64,000 nucleotides of DNA from assembly GCA_051003155.1 (NCBI GenBank), contig JBPCLO010000011.1, forward strand, positions 68,012 through 132,011, in the 5' to 3' direction. The notes below the pieces were generated by a model. That model was not told the origin of the DNA, made no database searches, and saw nothing but the letters and a program-made list of their open reading frames with translations. The translations under genes were made by a program, and so were the position numbers. Shown here one piece after another: positions 29,452 through 38,720 of this stretch. How positions within the stretch are numbered: position 1 is the stretch's first letter; every line of letters begins with the position of its first letter. The DNA is from Fimbriimonadales bacterium. GTDB taxonomy: Bacteria > Armatimonadota > Fimbriimonadia > Fimbriimonadales > ATM1.

Positions 29452-29651
29452 TCGCTCCGGAGCCTGTGCTGAACTTCCATCGCATCGTCGTCTAGCTTCA
29501 GTATGCCCCGGAAGCGGCCGGTATCCGGCTTCAGCCTGCCGGCTTTTGCCTCGCGGGCTTCGTCTAGCAGCCGCTCAGCCAGCAGGACCTTCTCTTCGGG
29601 GCTCAGCTTGGACGCTTCCTTTTGAATCTGCTCTATGTCTCGCATCGCCAT
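29442..29651 (-). CDS. Small antitoxin-like protein
   Basis: LSPEEK.LLAE.L...FRGIL...RLRSEWD; TAGAAT upstream. Confidence 0.55.
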   Translation of the reverse strand: MAMRDIEQIQKEASKLSPEEKVLLAERLLDEAREAKAGRLKPDTGRFRGILKLDDDAMEVQHRLRSEWD

Positions 29652-29798
29652 GGTGGTTCCAATTCTACTAGCATTGAGCCGCCGGGGGAAGGAATTTTAG
29701 CGCATCGCCCCAGCTCGAATGTGCGAAACTAGGTTATCGCATTAAACCGACGTGATGCAAGGAACGCGTTCGCACCGATTCTATCGATAGCGACAGTA

Positions 29799-30593
29799 TT
29801 GGCGACGGGTTGCGCCGAGCGGTCGGTGAGCCATGTCGATGCGCATAAGGCCGCTGTGGCGTTTCTGGAGCGGGCGAGTCTTCCGGTTCCAAGTACACCC
29901 CCTTTGGTTAAGCCGTCTTCGGTTGTCCCCGGCTTACAACCCCGGATGGAGGTTGACTACTCAGGTGAATACCGCTTCTTGCTCCTCCGCGAAGATGGAT
30001 CCGTGCGGCGTTTTTCAAATGAAGGCAGGAAGCGCGAAGCAGCCGAGCGACCCGCCGGGTCACCGAGGAGATACGCCACCCTCCAGCAGGCAAGGCTCCA
30101 TATCGTCCGGTTAGCCAACGACCTGGGGCTACGGCCTGAAGCCAAACTCGCCGAAGTCAAATACCATCCGTACGGCGATATTGGAGCGGTATTCGCTACT
30201 CGGCCGTTTGGACATCGTTTCAAGGGCAGAGGCAACGGCATGTCGCTGAGCATCGATCCGGTCGATGGAACCTTGCTGGGCTTCTCGGAGCGCTGGGATA
30301 TAGAGATCGAACGTCCTGAAGTCGCAATCGCCAAGGAGGTTGCGATACGCACGGCGGAGGAGCGATTCCGTTCGCACCACCGGAAACATCACAATCTGCA
30401 TTCCGGTGCCTATAAGGCCGTGTCGAAGGTTGAGCTGCTCTACGTTGTTCCAAACCCGACTTTCGACTCCGATTATGACTACTCGCAACGTACCCCGAGG
30501 GCACGATTGGCATATGTAGTCTTCTTCGGAGCGGACAATGTTTGGATAGACGCCGCCACTGGAAAAGTCCTGGGCGGCGAAGGTTACGGCTGA
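29799..30593 (+). CDS. Putative lipoprotein with PepSY-like C-terminus
   Basis: LATGC lipobox-like sequence and WIDAATGKVLG. The start is problematic (see findings). Confidence 0.5.
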   Translation: MATGCAERSVSHVDAHKAAVAFLERASLPVPSTPPLVKPSSVVPGLQPRMEVDYSGEYRFLLLREDGSVRRFSNEGRKREAAERPAGSPRRYATLQQARLHIVRLANDLGLRPEAKLAEVKYHPYGDIGAVFATRPFGHRFKGRGNGMSLSIDPVDGTLLGFSERWDIEIERPEVAIAKEVAIRTAEERFRSHHRKHHNLHSGAYKAVSKVELLYVVPNPTFDSDYDYSQRTPRARLAYVVFFGADNVWIDAATGKVLGGEGYG

Positions 30594-31489
30594 TGCGATT
30601 CGGCGAAGAAGGAATCGCAGAGGTAGCCGAAGTTCACGTTGCCGAGGACGGCGCGGTGCATCTCCAGCGCTCCGTGCAGTATGTCCGACCGCGCGTTCGC
30701 TGCAAGCCAGTTCGCGAAGAGCTTGACCACCTCGGCGCGGGCGAATCGAGAGTCGTCGTCCTCGCGGTAGAGGTCGGCGAGCTCCTGGAACTCCTCGCTC
30801 ACCTTGAGCGCCTCGATCCGCTTCCGTCCGGGCAGCGCCGACAGCCACCCCTCGAACTGCTCCAGAAACGGGGCCAGGCGGAGCTGACTCAGCTTGGCCG
30901 CCAACTCCGCCGCGCCTCCTGAGATCGTGGACAGGAAGCCGAGCTCGGCTTCGGCGAAGTCGCACGGCACGAGCAGGCACCGCGAGCGGATGGTCGGGAT
31001 GATGCGGCTCGCCGCGTCCGCCGTCAGGATGAACCTCGCCCACTCCGGCGGCTCCTCGAGCATCTTGAGCAGCGCGTTCGCGGCGTCCGCGTTGAAGCGC
31101 TCGGCCCGCTCGATCAGCACTACTTTCGTCCGCGCAACTACGGGTGGCGCCTGGATGAACTCGCGGATGTGAGGCTGCGGATTGCGCTTGTCCAGCACGA
31201 TCTGGCCGAGCAGGATTAGGTCGGACCGGCCCCCCGGCTCGACCAATAGAAGGTCGGGGCACACGTCCCTCGCGGCCGACACGCAGGCTTGGCACTCTCC
31301 GCACGGCACGCCGTCTTGGGGCTGAAGGCACAGGAAGGATCCGGCGAGCGAGCGCGATAGGCCGCTTTGGCCGGCGCCCTCTTCGCCCGCGATGAGTGCC
31401 GGCACACAGGCATCGGCAACGGCGATCGAGCGAACTAGCGCGAGCGCGCGGGAACCCGCAGCTTCAGAAACGCTCAAACTGCTCGACAT
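30584..31489 (-). CDS. holB: DNA polymerase III delta-prime subunit
   Basis: PCGECQAC, PDL, AANALLKMLEEPP and IIPTIRSRC. Confidence 0.88.
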   Translation of the reverse strand: MSSSLSVSEAAGSRALALVRSIAVADACVPALIAGEEGAGQSGLSRSLAGSFLCLQPQDGVPCGECQACVSAARDVCPDLLLVEPGGRSDLILLGQIVLDKRNPQPHIREFIQAPPVVARTKVVLIERAERFNADAANALLKMLEEPPEWARFILTADAASRIIPTIRSRCLLVPCDFAEAELGFLSTISGGAAELAAKLSQLRLAPFLEQFEGWLSALPGRKRIEALKVSEEFQELADLYREDDDSRFARAEVVKLFANWLAANARSDILHGALEMHRAVLGNVNFGYLCDSFFAESHQP

Positions 31490-31793
31490 CCAACACGAAA
31501 GCGATCGCGCCGCCTACCGGCACTTTGATCGGGCTTGGCACGAACGTGCCAACCGGCGAAGCGTCCGGCGGCAAGACGTTGACCATCTGCTCACGCGCCT
31601 TGCAGTTCTGCTGGATGAGCGAAATGACCGCGTCTTTCTCACCGTCCCCCACGCCTATTAGGAACGTCGTGTTGCCCTCCCTGAGGAACCCGCCGGTGGA
31701 CCCTATGATCGTGAACTTGAACCCGTTCCGAACGAGGTCTTCGACCACCCGGTTCTTATCACAACTATGTACGACGGCGACTACAAGCTTCAA
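31464..31793 (-). CDS. darA: PII-like cyclic-di-AMP receptor (PstA/DarA, DUF970)
   Basis: 109 aa from TTG 31793; MKLVVAVV, STGGFLREGNTTFLIGV and VGGAIAFVLDVEQF. Confidence 0.85.
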   Translation of the reverse strand: MKLVVAVVHSCDKNRVVEDLVRNGFKFTIIGSTGGFLREGNTTFLIGVGDGEKDAVISLIQQNCKAREQMVNVLPPDASPVGTFVPSPIKVPVGGAIAFVLDVEQFERF

Positions 31794-31851
31794 CGCTGCC
31801 CTAATTATGACCCTTCCCCGCAGAACGTTGGTGTCGGCGCAGAGCGGGGTG

Positions 31852-32679
31852 CTAAGGTGTGACGACTTCGCTCGGCTTGGCGACCTTGAACTGGTAGAAG
31901 TCATTGCGCCTCAACGCGCCCCAGGTCTGTATCTTCGCGTGTCCGTCCACATAGATGTAGTTGCCCATCTTCTTGTGGCCTGGCGTCGGCTTGCCATTGT
32001 AAGCTCCCCCGCATCCGGGCGGCCCCTGGTCGCCCGGACCGCCAGGTGGCAGTTTGCGCCCCGCCAGCTTGGCTGTGTCGCAGTTGATGAATCCGGAGCC
32101 CCAAATGCCGCCGACGTAATTGTCAGGCACGCCCGTAGCCCATTGCTCCACCCAGGCGATGGTTTCGGCAGGAGCTTCGAATTCGCTGCTGGAGCGGCCG
32201 CTCATGTCCCAGTCGCCGGGACCGACCCATTTGTAGACGCCGGTGTTCACATCCCAGTCGCCGGCGCTCGCCCTCGTGTTGATGTGGCCGACATACGAAT
32301 ACGACCTGGGGATCGCCTTCAGGCGGTAATTTCCGTCCCACCATGGAACGCTGTTCACGGCCTGCCGCTCCCCACGGTCACTCGGGCAACGCCAGATTTT
32401 GTCGTCCGTGACGTACGGTTTGATCTGCATGTCCGGGGGCATGAAGTTGGTGTTGCCGCCGTTGATGGGCGGCGTTAGCGCCGCCCACGCCGGGTACAGG
32501 TCGTCGTGGTTACCCGCGTACATCGTGGTTGCGATGCCGATTTGTCGCTGGTGGTTCAAGCACGTCGACTGCTTTGCGGCCTCTTTTGCCTGGGAAAATA
32601 CGGGAAATAGAATTGCTGCGAGTATTGCGATGATCGCGATTACGACCAACAGCTCGATCAAGGTGAATCCCTTTTTCAT
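31852..32679 (-). CDS. Prepilin-type N-methylation / H-X9-DG protein
   Basis: [29 protein letters not shown]-terminal [13 protein letters not shown]. Confidence 0.88.
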   Translation of the reverse strand: MKKGFTLIELLVVIAIIAILAAILFPVFSQAKEAAKQSTCLNHQRQIGIATTMYAGNHDDLYPAWAALTPPINGGNTNFMPPDMQIKPYVTDDKIWRCPSDRGERQAVNSVPWWDGNYRLKAIPRSYSYVGHINTRASAGDWDVNTGVYKWVGPGDWDMSGRSSSEFEAPAETIAWVEQWATGVPDNYVGGIWGSGFINCDTAKLAGRKLPPGGPGDQGPPGCGGAYNGKPTPGHKKMGNYIYVDGHAKIQTWGALRRNDFYQFKVAKPSEVVTP

Positions 32680-32822
32680 AAGAGTGCTCCTTCATGAACG
32701 ATGGGACCATCGTTGGTCAATCGTTGCGTGTCCACGCCGACGCCCGGGCAGCGCTCATTATATCAAATAGTAGTAGCACCTCAGGGCTACCTCAACAGTC
32801 CGGTAAGATTCTCTTTAGAACC

Positions 32823-35800
32823 ATGCTGACAACGGTAATCGCTCTTTCCCTCGCCGTGACCCCGCTCATCCCCGATCGCCCACGCGACATATGGGCGTTT
32901 CGCTCCGTACTCGATGGTCGTGCGCGAATCCTTACAATCGCGCTGCACAAAGACCTCTGGGTTGCGTACGACGCGACGAATTGCGGGCTTTATCGCGCCT
33001 GGACGGGCGGCGTGAAGTTCGACGGTGCAGTCTACACGACCGTCCACGGCCCGCAGCCGACGAGCATGGGAACTGTCCACCTGCCGGGCATCGTGGACGA
33101 GGGGGTTTGGACCGCCGCCGGCGCTAAACCGGAGTTCAAAGGCTACCGAATCGAGGGCGGCAAGATCACGCTTCAATACCGCATTCGCCTGCCGGGAAAC
33201 GGGACCGCGTGGGTCTACGAAAACCCCGAGGTCAAGGTGCAGCCCGACGGGAAGCTGGCGCTCGAGAGAAGTTTTCGAACGAAGGGCTTCCGCTCAGGCG
33301 AACGGGCGTCGCTCACGATGCTTGCGCCGCGGGGGTGGAGCGATCAGAGCTTCCGCCGAACCGGCGAGCGGACGGTCGGCGGGCAGGCTTTCGACGAAGG
33401 CGAGCTCACGGTTTCGAACGGGACTCGCATTACCACGGTTTACACACCAGGCGGCGAACAGTTCGCTGGATTGATTCCGATAAGGTCTTTCCGCCCTCAA
33501 GAGCCGCCGCGCGAGCGGGGCCTCGCGCTTCGGGTCTATTGGATCGGTTCGGCGATGGATAAGATACCGCGGCTCCTCGATGGACAGACGCCAAACTATT
33601 CGGTAGTCGTGCCGATGGTGGATTTCAGCAAGGCGAGCGAGTTCGGGATGGAGGGTGAGCACTTCTATTCCCGACTCACGGGCTTCCTGAACATTCAAAC
33701 GGCAGGGGAGTATGAGTTTCGGCTCACGTCGGACGACGGCTCGCGGTTCATGATCCGAGACGAAGTTATCGTCGACCACGACGGCCTTCACAGCGCAGAC
33801 CCCCCGAAGACCGGCAAGTTCCGGCTTGCTGCCGGGGAGCACCCGATCGAGATCGAGTACTTCGAGAACACGTTCGATGAGGCTTTGAAGCTCGAATGGA
33901 AGACGCCCGGCTCGACGCGATTCGAGGTAGTACCGGCTTCAGCGTTTTCTACACAGGCCGGCGAGGTGCGGGTGACTTCTCCCGGCAAGAAGCGGACTTT
34001 CGATCTGGCACGACGATTTCGGCCAGGAGACGGCTTGCCCCTCGCAGGCGTGCACCCGGCCTTCGATTTGGAAACTGTTCGGCCGGACAACTTCGAGCCG
34101 CGCGTCGGGGGAATGGACTTCCTGCCCAATGGCCGCATGGTAATCTGCACATGGGATCCGGATGGCGCGGTCTACCTACTCGACGGCGTTCAAGCCCGTA
34201 AGCCGCACAACATCAAGGTCAAACGGATCGCCGCGGGTCTCGCCGAGCCGCTTGGGCTAAAGGTTGTGAATGGCGACATTTACGTCCTTCAGAAGCAAGA
34301 ACTCACCAAGCTGATCGACCATGACGGTGACGACGTCATCAACGAGTACTACGCGGTCGCCAATGGCTGGGGCGTCACCGCCAATTTCCACGAGTTTGCT
34401 TTTGGCCTCCTTTACGACAAAGGTTTCTTTTACGCGAACCTCGCTATCGCGATCGATCCCGGCGGCAAGAGCACCCAGCCCCAGAATCCTGATCGCGGCA
34501 AGGTCGTGAAAATCTCCAAGGACGGAGATTTCGAGTTCGTCGCGAGCGGTTTGCGCACGCCGAACGGCATCGGTTTCGGCTACAACGGCGAGATTTTCGT
34601 CACCGACAACCAAGGCGATTGGCTGCCATCCTCGAAGGTGATGCATTACGCGCCTGGGGCGTTTTTCGGGTCGCGCGCCGTCGAGCCTGAAACGAAGCTT
34701 GTCGAAAAACCTCCCGTCGTGTGGCTACCCCAAGGCGAAATCGGCAACTCACCCAGCCAATGCGCGCCGCTGAATGTCGGTCCTTATAGGAACCAAATGA
34801 TCCACGGCGACGTGACGCACGGCGGCGTCAAGCGTGTGTTCGTCGAGGAAGTGGGCGGCCAGCTACAAGGTTGCGTCTTTCGGTTTACCCAGGGTTTGGA
34901 GGCGGGGATCAACCGACTCGTTTGGGGTCCGGATAGAAACCTGTACGTCGGCGGGATCGGTTCGACGGGCAACTGGGGCCAAGAAGGCAAGAAGCGGTAC
35001 GGCCTACAGAGGCTCGCTTACAACGGGAAAAGCGCGTTCGAAATGCTGGCGGTCCGCGCGAAGACCAACGGCATGGAACTCGAGCTAACCCAGCCCTTGA
35101 TGCCCGGCATGGGCGATGGAACGGGAGATTACACCGTACGAATGTGGCGCTATGTCCCGACAATCGAGTACGGCGGTCCCAAGATCGACGAGCGGCCGTT
35201 GACGGTGAAGAGCGTGACGGTCTCGCGCGACCGCAAGAGGGTGTTCCTCGAGCTGCCGGGGATAAAAGCCGGGCGCGTAGTTCATATCAAGATCGGACGT
35301 GGAATCGTCAGCGCTTCGAACGCGGATCTGTGGACGACCGAGGGCTGGTACACCCTTAATCGAATCCCCGCGAATCAGCCTGGCAGGTCGAACGCACTGC
35401 GAAACATGAACGCACTGACTCCTGAAGAAGCGCGTCAGGGATTCGAGCTGCTATTCGACGGCAAGGCGACGGATAAGTGGCGCGGCTTCAGGAAACAAAC
35501 GCTGCCCCGAGGCTGGTCCGCGAGCGACGGCGAACTCGGGCTCGCAAAAGGCGCCGGCGCGGGCGACATTGTTACGAAGGATCAATATTCGGACTTCGAG
35601 CTAAGGCTCGAATGGAAGGTTTCGCCAGGTGGTAACAGCGGCATTTTCTTCCGCGTCTCCGAGGAGCTTACGGCCGTGTACCTGAGCGCACCCGAAATGC
35701 AGGTTCTCGACGATGACCTGCACCCCGATGGAATGAATCCGCTGACGATGGCAGGCTCGAACTATGCCCTGCACGCAAGAAGGCGTGACGTGGTTCGGCC

Positions 35801-36035
35801 TGCGGGGAACTGGAACGATGTACGCATTATCGCAAAGGGTAACGACATCGAATATTGGCTGAACGGCTACCGGGTCGTGTCGTACAAGCTAGGCAGCCCG
35901 GAGTGGACGTCGCTCGTCACCAAGAGCAAATTCGCGGACTGGCCGAGCTATGGCAAAGTAAAGACGGGGCACATCGCGTTGCAGGACCACGGCGACGCCG
36001 TTGCTTTTCGGAATATCCGCATTCGGAAGCTGTAG
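32823..36035 (+). CDS. Secreted multidomain protein: PA14 + sorbosone-dehydrogenase-like propeller + DUF1080 (3-keto-disaccharide hydrolase family)
   Basis: PA14 motif LTSDDGSRF..HDGLH; propeller motif GLRTPNG..DNQG.W; DUF1080 motif NSGIFFR..EMQVLDD..GHIALQDHG..FRNIRIR. Confidence 0.8.
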   Translation: MLTTVIALSLAVTPLIPDRPRDIWAFRSVLDGRARILTIALHKDLWVAYDATNCGLYRAWTGGVKFDGAVYTTVHGPQPTSMGTVHLPGIVDEGVWTAAGAKPEFKGYRIEGGKITLQYRIRLPGNGTAWVYENPEVKVQPDGKLALERSFRTKGFRSGERASLTMLAPRGWSDQSFRRTGERTVGGQAFDEGELTVSNGTRITTVYTPGGEQFAGLIPIRSFRPQEPPRERGLALRVYWIGSAMDKIPRLLDGQTPNYSVVVPMVDFSKASEFGMEGEHFYSRLTGFLNIQTAGEYEFRLTSDDGSRFMIRDEVIVDHDGLHSADPPKTGKFRLAAGEHPIEIEYFENTFDEALKLEWKTPGSTRFEVVPASAFSTQAGEVRVTSPGKKRTFDLARRFRPGDGLPLAGVHPAFDLETVRPDNFEPRVGGMDFLPNGRMVICTWDPDGAVYLLDGVQARKPHNIKVKRIAAGLAEPLGLKVVNGDIYVLQKQELTKLIDHDGDDVINEYYAVANGWGVTANFHEFAFGLLYDKGFFYANLAIAIDPGGKSTQPQNPDRGKVVKISKDGDFEFVASGLRTPNGIGFGYNGEIFVTDNQGDWLPSSKVMHYAPGAFFGSRAVEPETKLVEKPPVVWLPQGEIGNSPSQCAPLNVGPYRNQMIHGDVTHGGVKRVFVEEVGGQLQGCVFRFTQGLEAGINRLVWGPDRNLYVGGIGSTGNWGQEGKKRYGLQRLAYNGKSAFEMLAVRAKTNGMELELTQPLMPGMGDGTGDYTVRMWRYVPTIEYGGPKIDERPLTVKSVTVSRDRKRVFLELPGIKAGRVVHIKIGRGIVSASNADLWTTEGWYTLNRIPANQPGRSNALRNMNALTPEEARQGFELLFDGKATDKWRGFRKQTLPRGWSASDGELGLAKGAGAGDIVTKDQYSDFELRLEWKVSPGGNSGIFFRVSEELTAVYLSAPEMQVLDDDLHPDGMNPLTMAGSNYALHARRRDVVRPAGNWNDVRIIAKGNDIEYWLNGYRVVSYKLGSPEWTSLVTKSKFADWPSYGKVKTGHIALQDHGDAVAFRNIRIRKL

Positions 36036-36698
36036 CTACTCGGTATCGAAGTAAGTATCCTGCAGCGACGGGTCGTAGAACCGCGACGGCTGCCAACGCG
36101 AGGCATGCGTATCCATCCAGGCGATGGCCACTGCGCCGCCGTGAGTACCGAGGGGCCGCCCCCAGCAATCGCTATCGGGGCCGGAAGGCGGCAGTAGGAA
36201 CTTGCCCTCGTCTCCGCACCAACTGTCCGGCACGCTGCTCTTGGCAACAGTAAACAGGATCGTCTCGGCGGGCGTCGCGAAAGCGGATTCGTTCGTTGCG
36301 GTGTGGTCAGCGAAGTTCGAGAAGTCGTAGGCGATCGACGTGAGATAGTGCGCGTTGTATCCGAAGTGCGAAGTCGGCATGCCGTTTGCGTCCGTCTCCG
36401 CCAGGGAGCAGCCAGGGCAAAGCCAGATCTGCTTGTTCCGGACGAACGGATCGAGCATGTCGTGCCAGATAAATAGGTCTGTTCCGTCTTGGTATGCGGC
36501 GAGGCTGTAAACGCCATCGTTCGAGGATCGATACATCTCCATTGCAACTGCGAGCTGGTGAACGTTGGAGCTGCACGTTGTTGCCTTCGCTGCCTCCTTG
36601 GCCCTGCTGAAAACCGGAAAAAGGATGGCCGCCAGGATCGCGATGATTGCGATGACAACCAGAAGCTCGATGAGGGTGAACCCTCTGCGACGGTTCAG
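36036..36698 (-). CDS. Prepilin-type N-methylation protein (H-X9-D variant), CTG start
   Basis: In-frame extension of the 168-aa ORF gives [38 protein letters not shown]. The CTG at 36698 overlaps the upstream TGA, and a GGAG lies shortly upstream. Confidence 0.8.
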   Translation of the reverse strand: MNRRRGFTLIELLVVIAIIAILAAILFPVFSRAKEAAKATTCSSNVHQLAVAMEMYRSSNDGVYSLAAYQDGTDLFIWHDMLDPFVRNKQIWLCPGCSLAETDANGMPTSHFGYNAHYLTSIAYDFSNFADHTATNESAFATPAETILFTVAKSSVPDSWCGDEGKFLLPPSGPDSDCWGRPLGTHGGAVAIAWMDTHASRWQPSRFYDPSLQDTYFDTE

Positions 36699-37690
36699 AA
36701 GACCGACTCCGGGAAGTAATAGCCCTTCGCGTTCTCGGGCGTGATCAGGTCCACGTCGATGATCATGTGCCTGGGCATGAACTGCATCACCTTGTCCCGC
36801 CCGTCGCGCAGGATCGAGACGGCCTTCTGGATGCCGACAGCGATCATCGATGGCGGGTAAGTGATGTCCGCTGGGAACATCGGGTCATTTTCCATCACGC
36901 GCTTTACGATGTCCTTCATGCCTCCGCCGCCAAGTATCCAAACGCCTTTATCTCGCCCGGCTTCTTTGAGCGCCTGCTCCACACCCAAAGCCATGTCGTC
37001 GTCAGCTGCCCAAACGGCGTCGATCTGTTTGTGCTTGAGCAGGAAGGTCTGCATGACGTTGAGGGCCTTCTCCTTATTCCACATGCCGGTCTGCCGGTCT
37101 AGAACTTGTATGCCGGGGCTCGCCTTGAAGACCTCCATCGCGGACTCAACGCGGTCGGTGTTGACCGTGCTGGGAATGCCTTCGAGAATCACGATTTTGC
37201 CTTGCCCGCCTAACTTCTCGACCATGTACTGCGCGGCTTTGCGTCCGAAAGACTTGTTGTCGCCCTCGATGAACACGTCCGCGACAGGTTTGAGGAAGCC
37301 CCTATCAACGCTCACGAGTAGGATGCCCCTCTCGTGTATTTGCTCCGCGGTCGGCGTGATCGGCGCGCTCTCGGTTGCGAGGATCACGACGGCGTCGACC
37401 CCGGCTGCCATCATCGTTTCGAGGTCCTTGACCTGCTTCTCCGGGTTCTCCGCGGAAGCGAATGTCCACTCGACGTCCGGGTAGAGCTTCATGGCCTGTT
37501 CGGCCCACCACACCATTCCGGCGGTCCAGCCGTGGTCCGCGGCCGGCACGGAAACTCCGATCTTGAGCTTCTTAACGGCAGGGGTTGCGTTCGATGCCGT
37601 CCCGGGCTTGGCTTCGTTCTGGCACCCGGCGCCGAACAAGGCAAAAACGAAAATCGCAGTTGCGAGCGTGAAAATCTGTCGAAGCATCAT
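36695..37690 (-). CDS. Sugar ABC transporter substrate-binding lipoprotein (RbsB-like)
   Basis: Lipobox GAGC and periplasmic binding protein type 1 motifs (VDR, DDMALG). Confidence 0.88.
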   Translation of the reverse strand: MMLRQIFTLATAIFVFALFGAGCQNEAKPGTASNATPAVKKLKIGVSVPAADHGWTAGMVWWAEQAMKLYPDVEWTFASAENPEKQVKDLETMMAAGVDAVVILATESAPITPTAEQIHERGILLVSVDRGFLKPVADVFIEGDNKSFGRKAAQYMVEKLGGQGKIVILEGIPSTVNTDRVESAMEVFKASPGIQVLDRQTGMWNKEKALNVMQTFLLKHKQIDAVWAADDDMALGVEQALKEAGRDKGVWILGGGGMKDIVKRVMENDPMFPADITYPPSMIAVGIQKAVSILRDGRDKVMQFMPRHMIIDVDLITPENAKGYYFPESVF

Positions 37691-37724
37691 GGTTTCTCCC
37701 GGTGAGTTGTACCCCGAACCGAGA

Positions 37725-38720
37725 TTATTCGGACTTACCGCGCTGAATCAGCACTGCCGCCAGAATGATCGCACCCTTGACGACTCCCTGCCAATAAACA
37801 GAAACCCCGGCGACAACCAGCAAGTTGGTGATGACTCCCAGCAGCAAGACACCGACGACCGTGCCCCAAATGCGGGCGCTGCCGCCTCGCAGGGATGTCC
37901 CGCCGATGACGACGGCCGCGATGGCGTCCAGTTCGTAATAGAGTCCGAGGGACGAGGTGGCTACCGAATTCATGCGCGTGGCGGAAGTGAGCGCAGCAAG
38001 CCCTACGAAGACACCCAGCGCCGTATACGCCCAGAACTTCGCGGCGCCCGTGTTCACCGCCGAGTATTTGGCGGCCCGCTCGTTCGCCCCTACCGCGATC
38101 GCGTAACGGCCGAAACGGGTCTTGTTTAGGATGAATCCGGCGATGAGCGCTGCGAGCATGAAGAGAATGATCGACCAAGTGACGATCAGGGGCGAGCCGC
38201 TTTGCGTCTCGATGAACGGCAGCGGTATCCCGCCACGTCCGAGGCCGGGAAACACCTCGGAGCTCGACGATCTGAGCTCGCCGCCCGATGCGATCGCGAG
38301 ACAGAGCGAGCGAAACGCGACAAGGCCGACGAGTGTCGCCACGAACGGCGCCACGCGTCCCGCTGAAACCAGAAAGCCATTCAAAGCGCCGAGCGCAGCT
38401 CCTGACCCGCCGCAGGCTAGCGCGGCAACCGCGGCTCCTGTGGATTCCGACGCGCCCCCGGCCATCATCTTATTCAGGGCAAGAACGCCAAGCGCAGCAG
38501 TCAGCGCCATCATGCTCCCCACCGACAGGTCGATTCCTCCGGTCACGATCACCAACGTCATGCCGAGAGCGATAATCCCAACTGGCACGTTCTGATTTAC
38601 GATGTTGCGCAGGTTCTCCGGCTGGAGGAAGACATCAGGACGCCACGCCGCGCTCACGACAAAAAGTATCAAGAACGCGACGAGCACGCCGTATCGCTGG
38701 AGGAATGCGCCCTTGGTCAC
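37725..38720 (-). CDS. Sugar ABC transporter permease (RbsC-like)
   Basis: GGIDLSVGS, PFVATL and ELDAIAAVVIGGTSL.GG; GTGA coupling at 38717-38720. Confidence 0.9.
   Translation of the reverse strand: MTKGAFLQRYGVLVAFLILFVVSAAWRPDVFLQPENLRNIVNQNVPVGIIALGMTLVIVTGGIDLSVGSMMALTAALGVLALNKMMAGGASESTGAAVAALACGGSGAALGALNGFLVSAGRVAPFVATLVGLVAFRSLCLAIASGGELRSSSSEVFPGLGRGGIPLPFIETQSGSPLIVTWSIILFMLAALIAGFILNKTRFGRYAIAVGANERAAKYSAVNTGAAKFWAYTALGVFVGLAALTSATRMNSVATSSLGLYYELDAIAAVVIGGTSLRGGSARIWGTVVGVLLLGVITNLLVVAGVSVYWQGVVKGAIILAAVLIQRGKSE

Noticed and set aside
30129..32478. 400-aa and 360-aa alternative ORFs
   Set aside because: They overlap holB, darA and the pilin-like gene in other frames; no coding signatures
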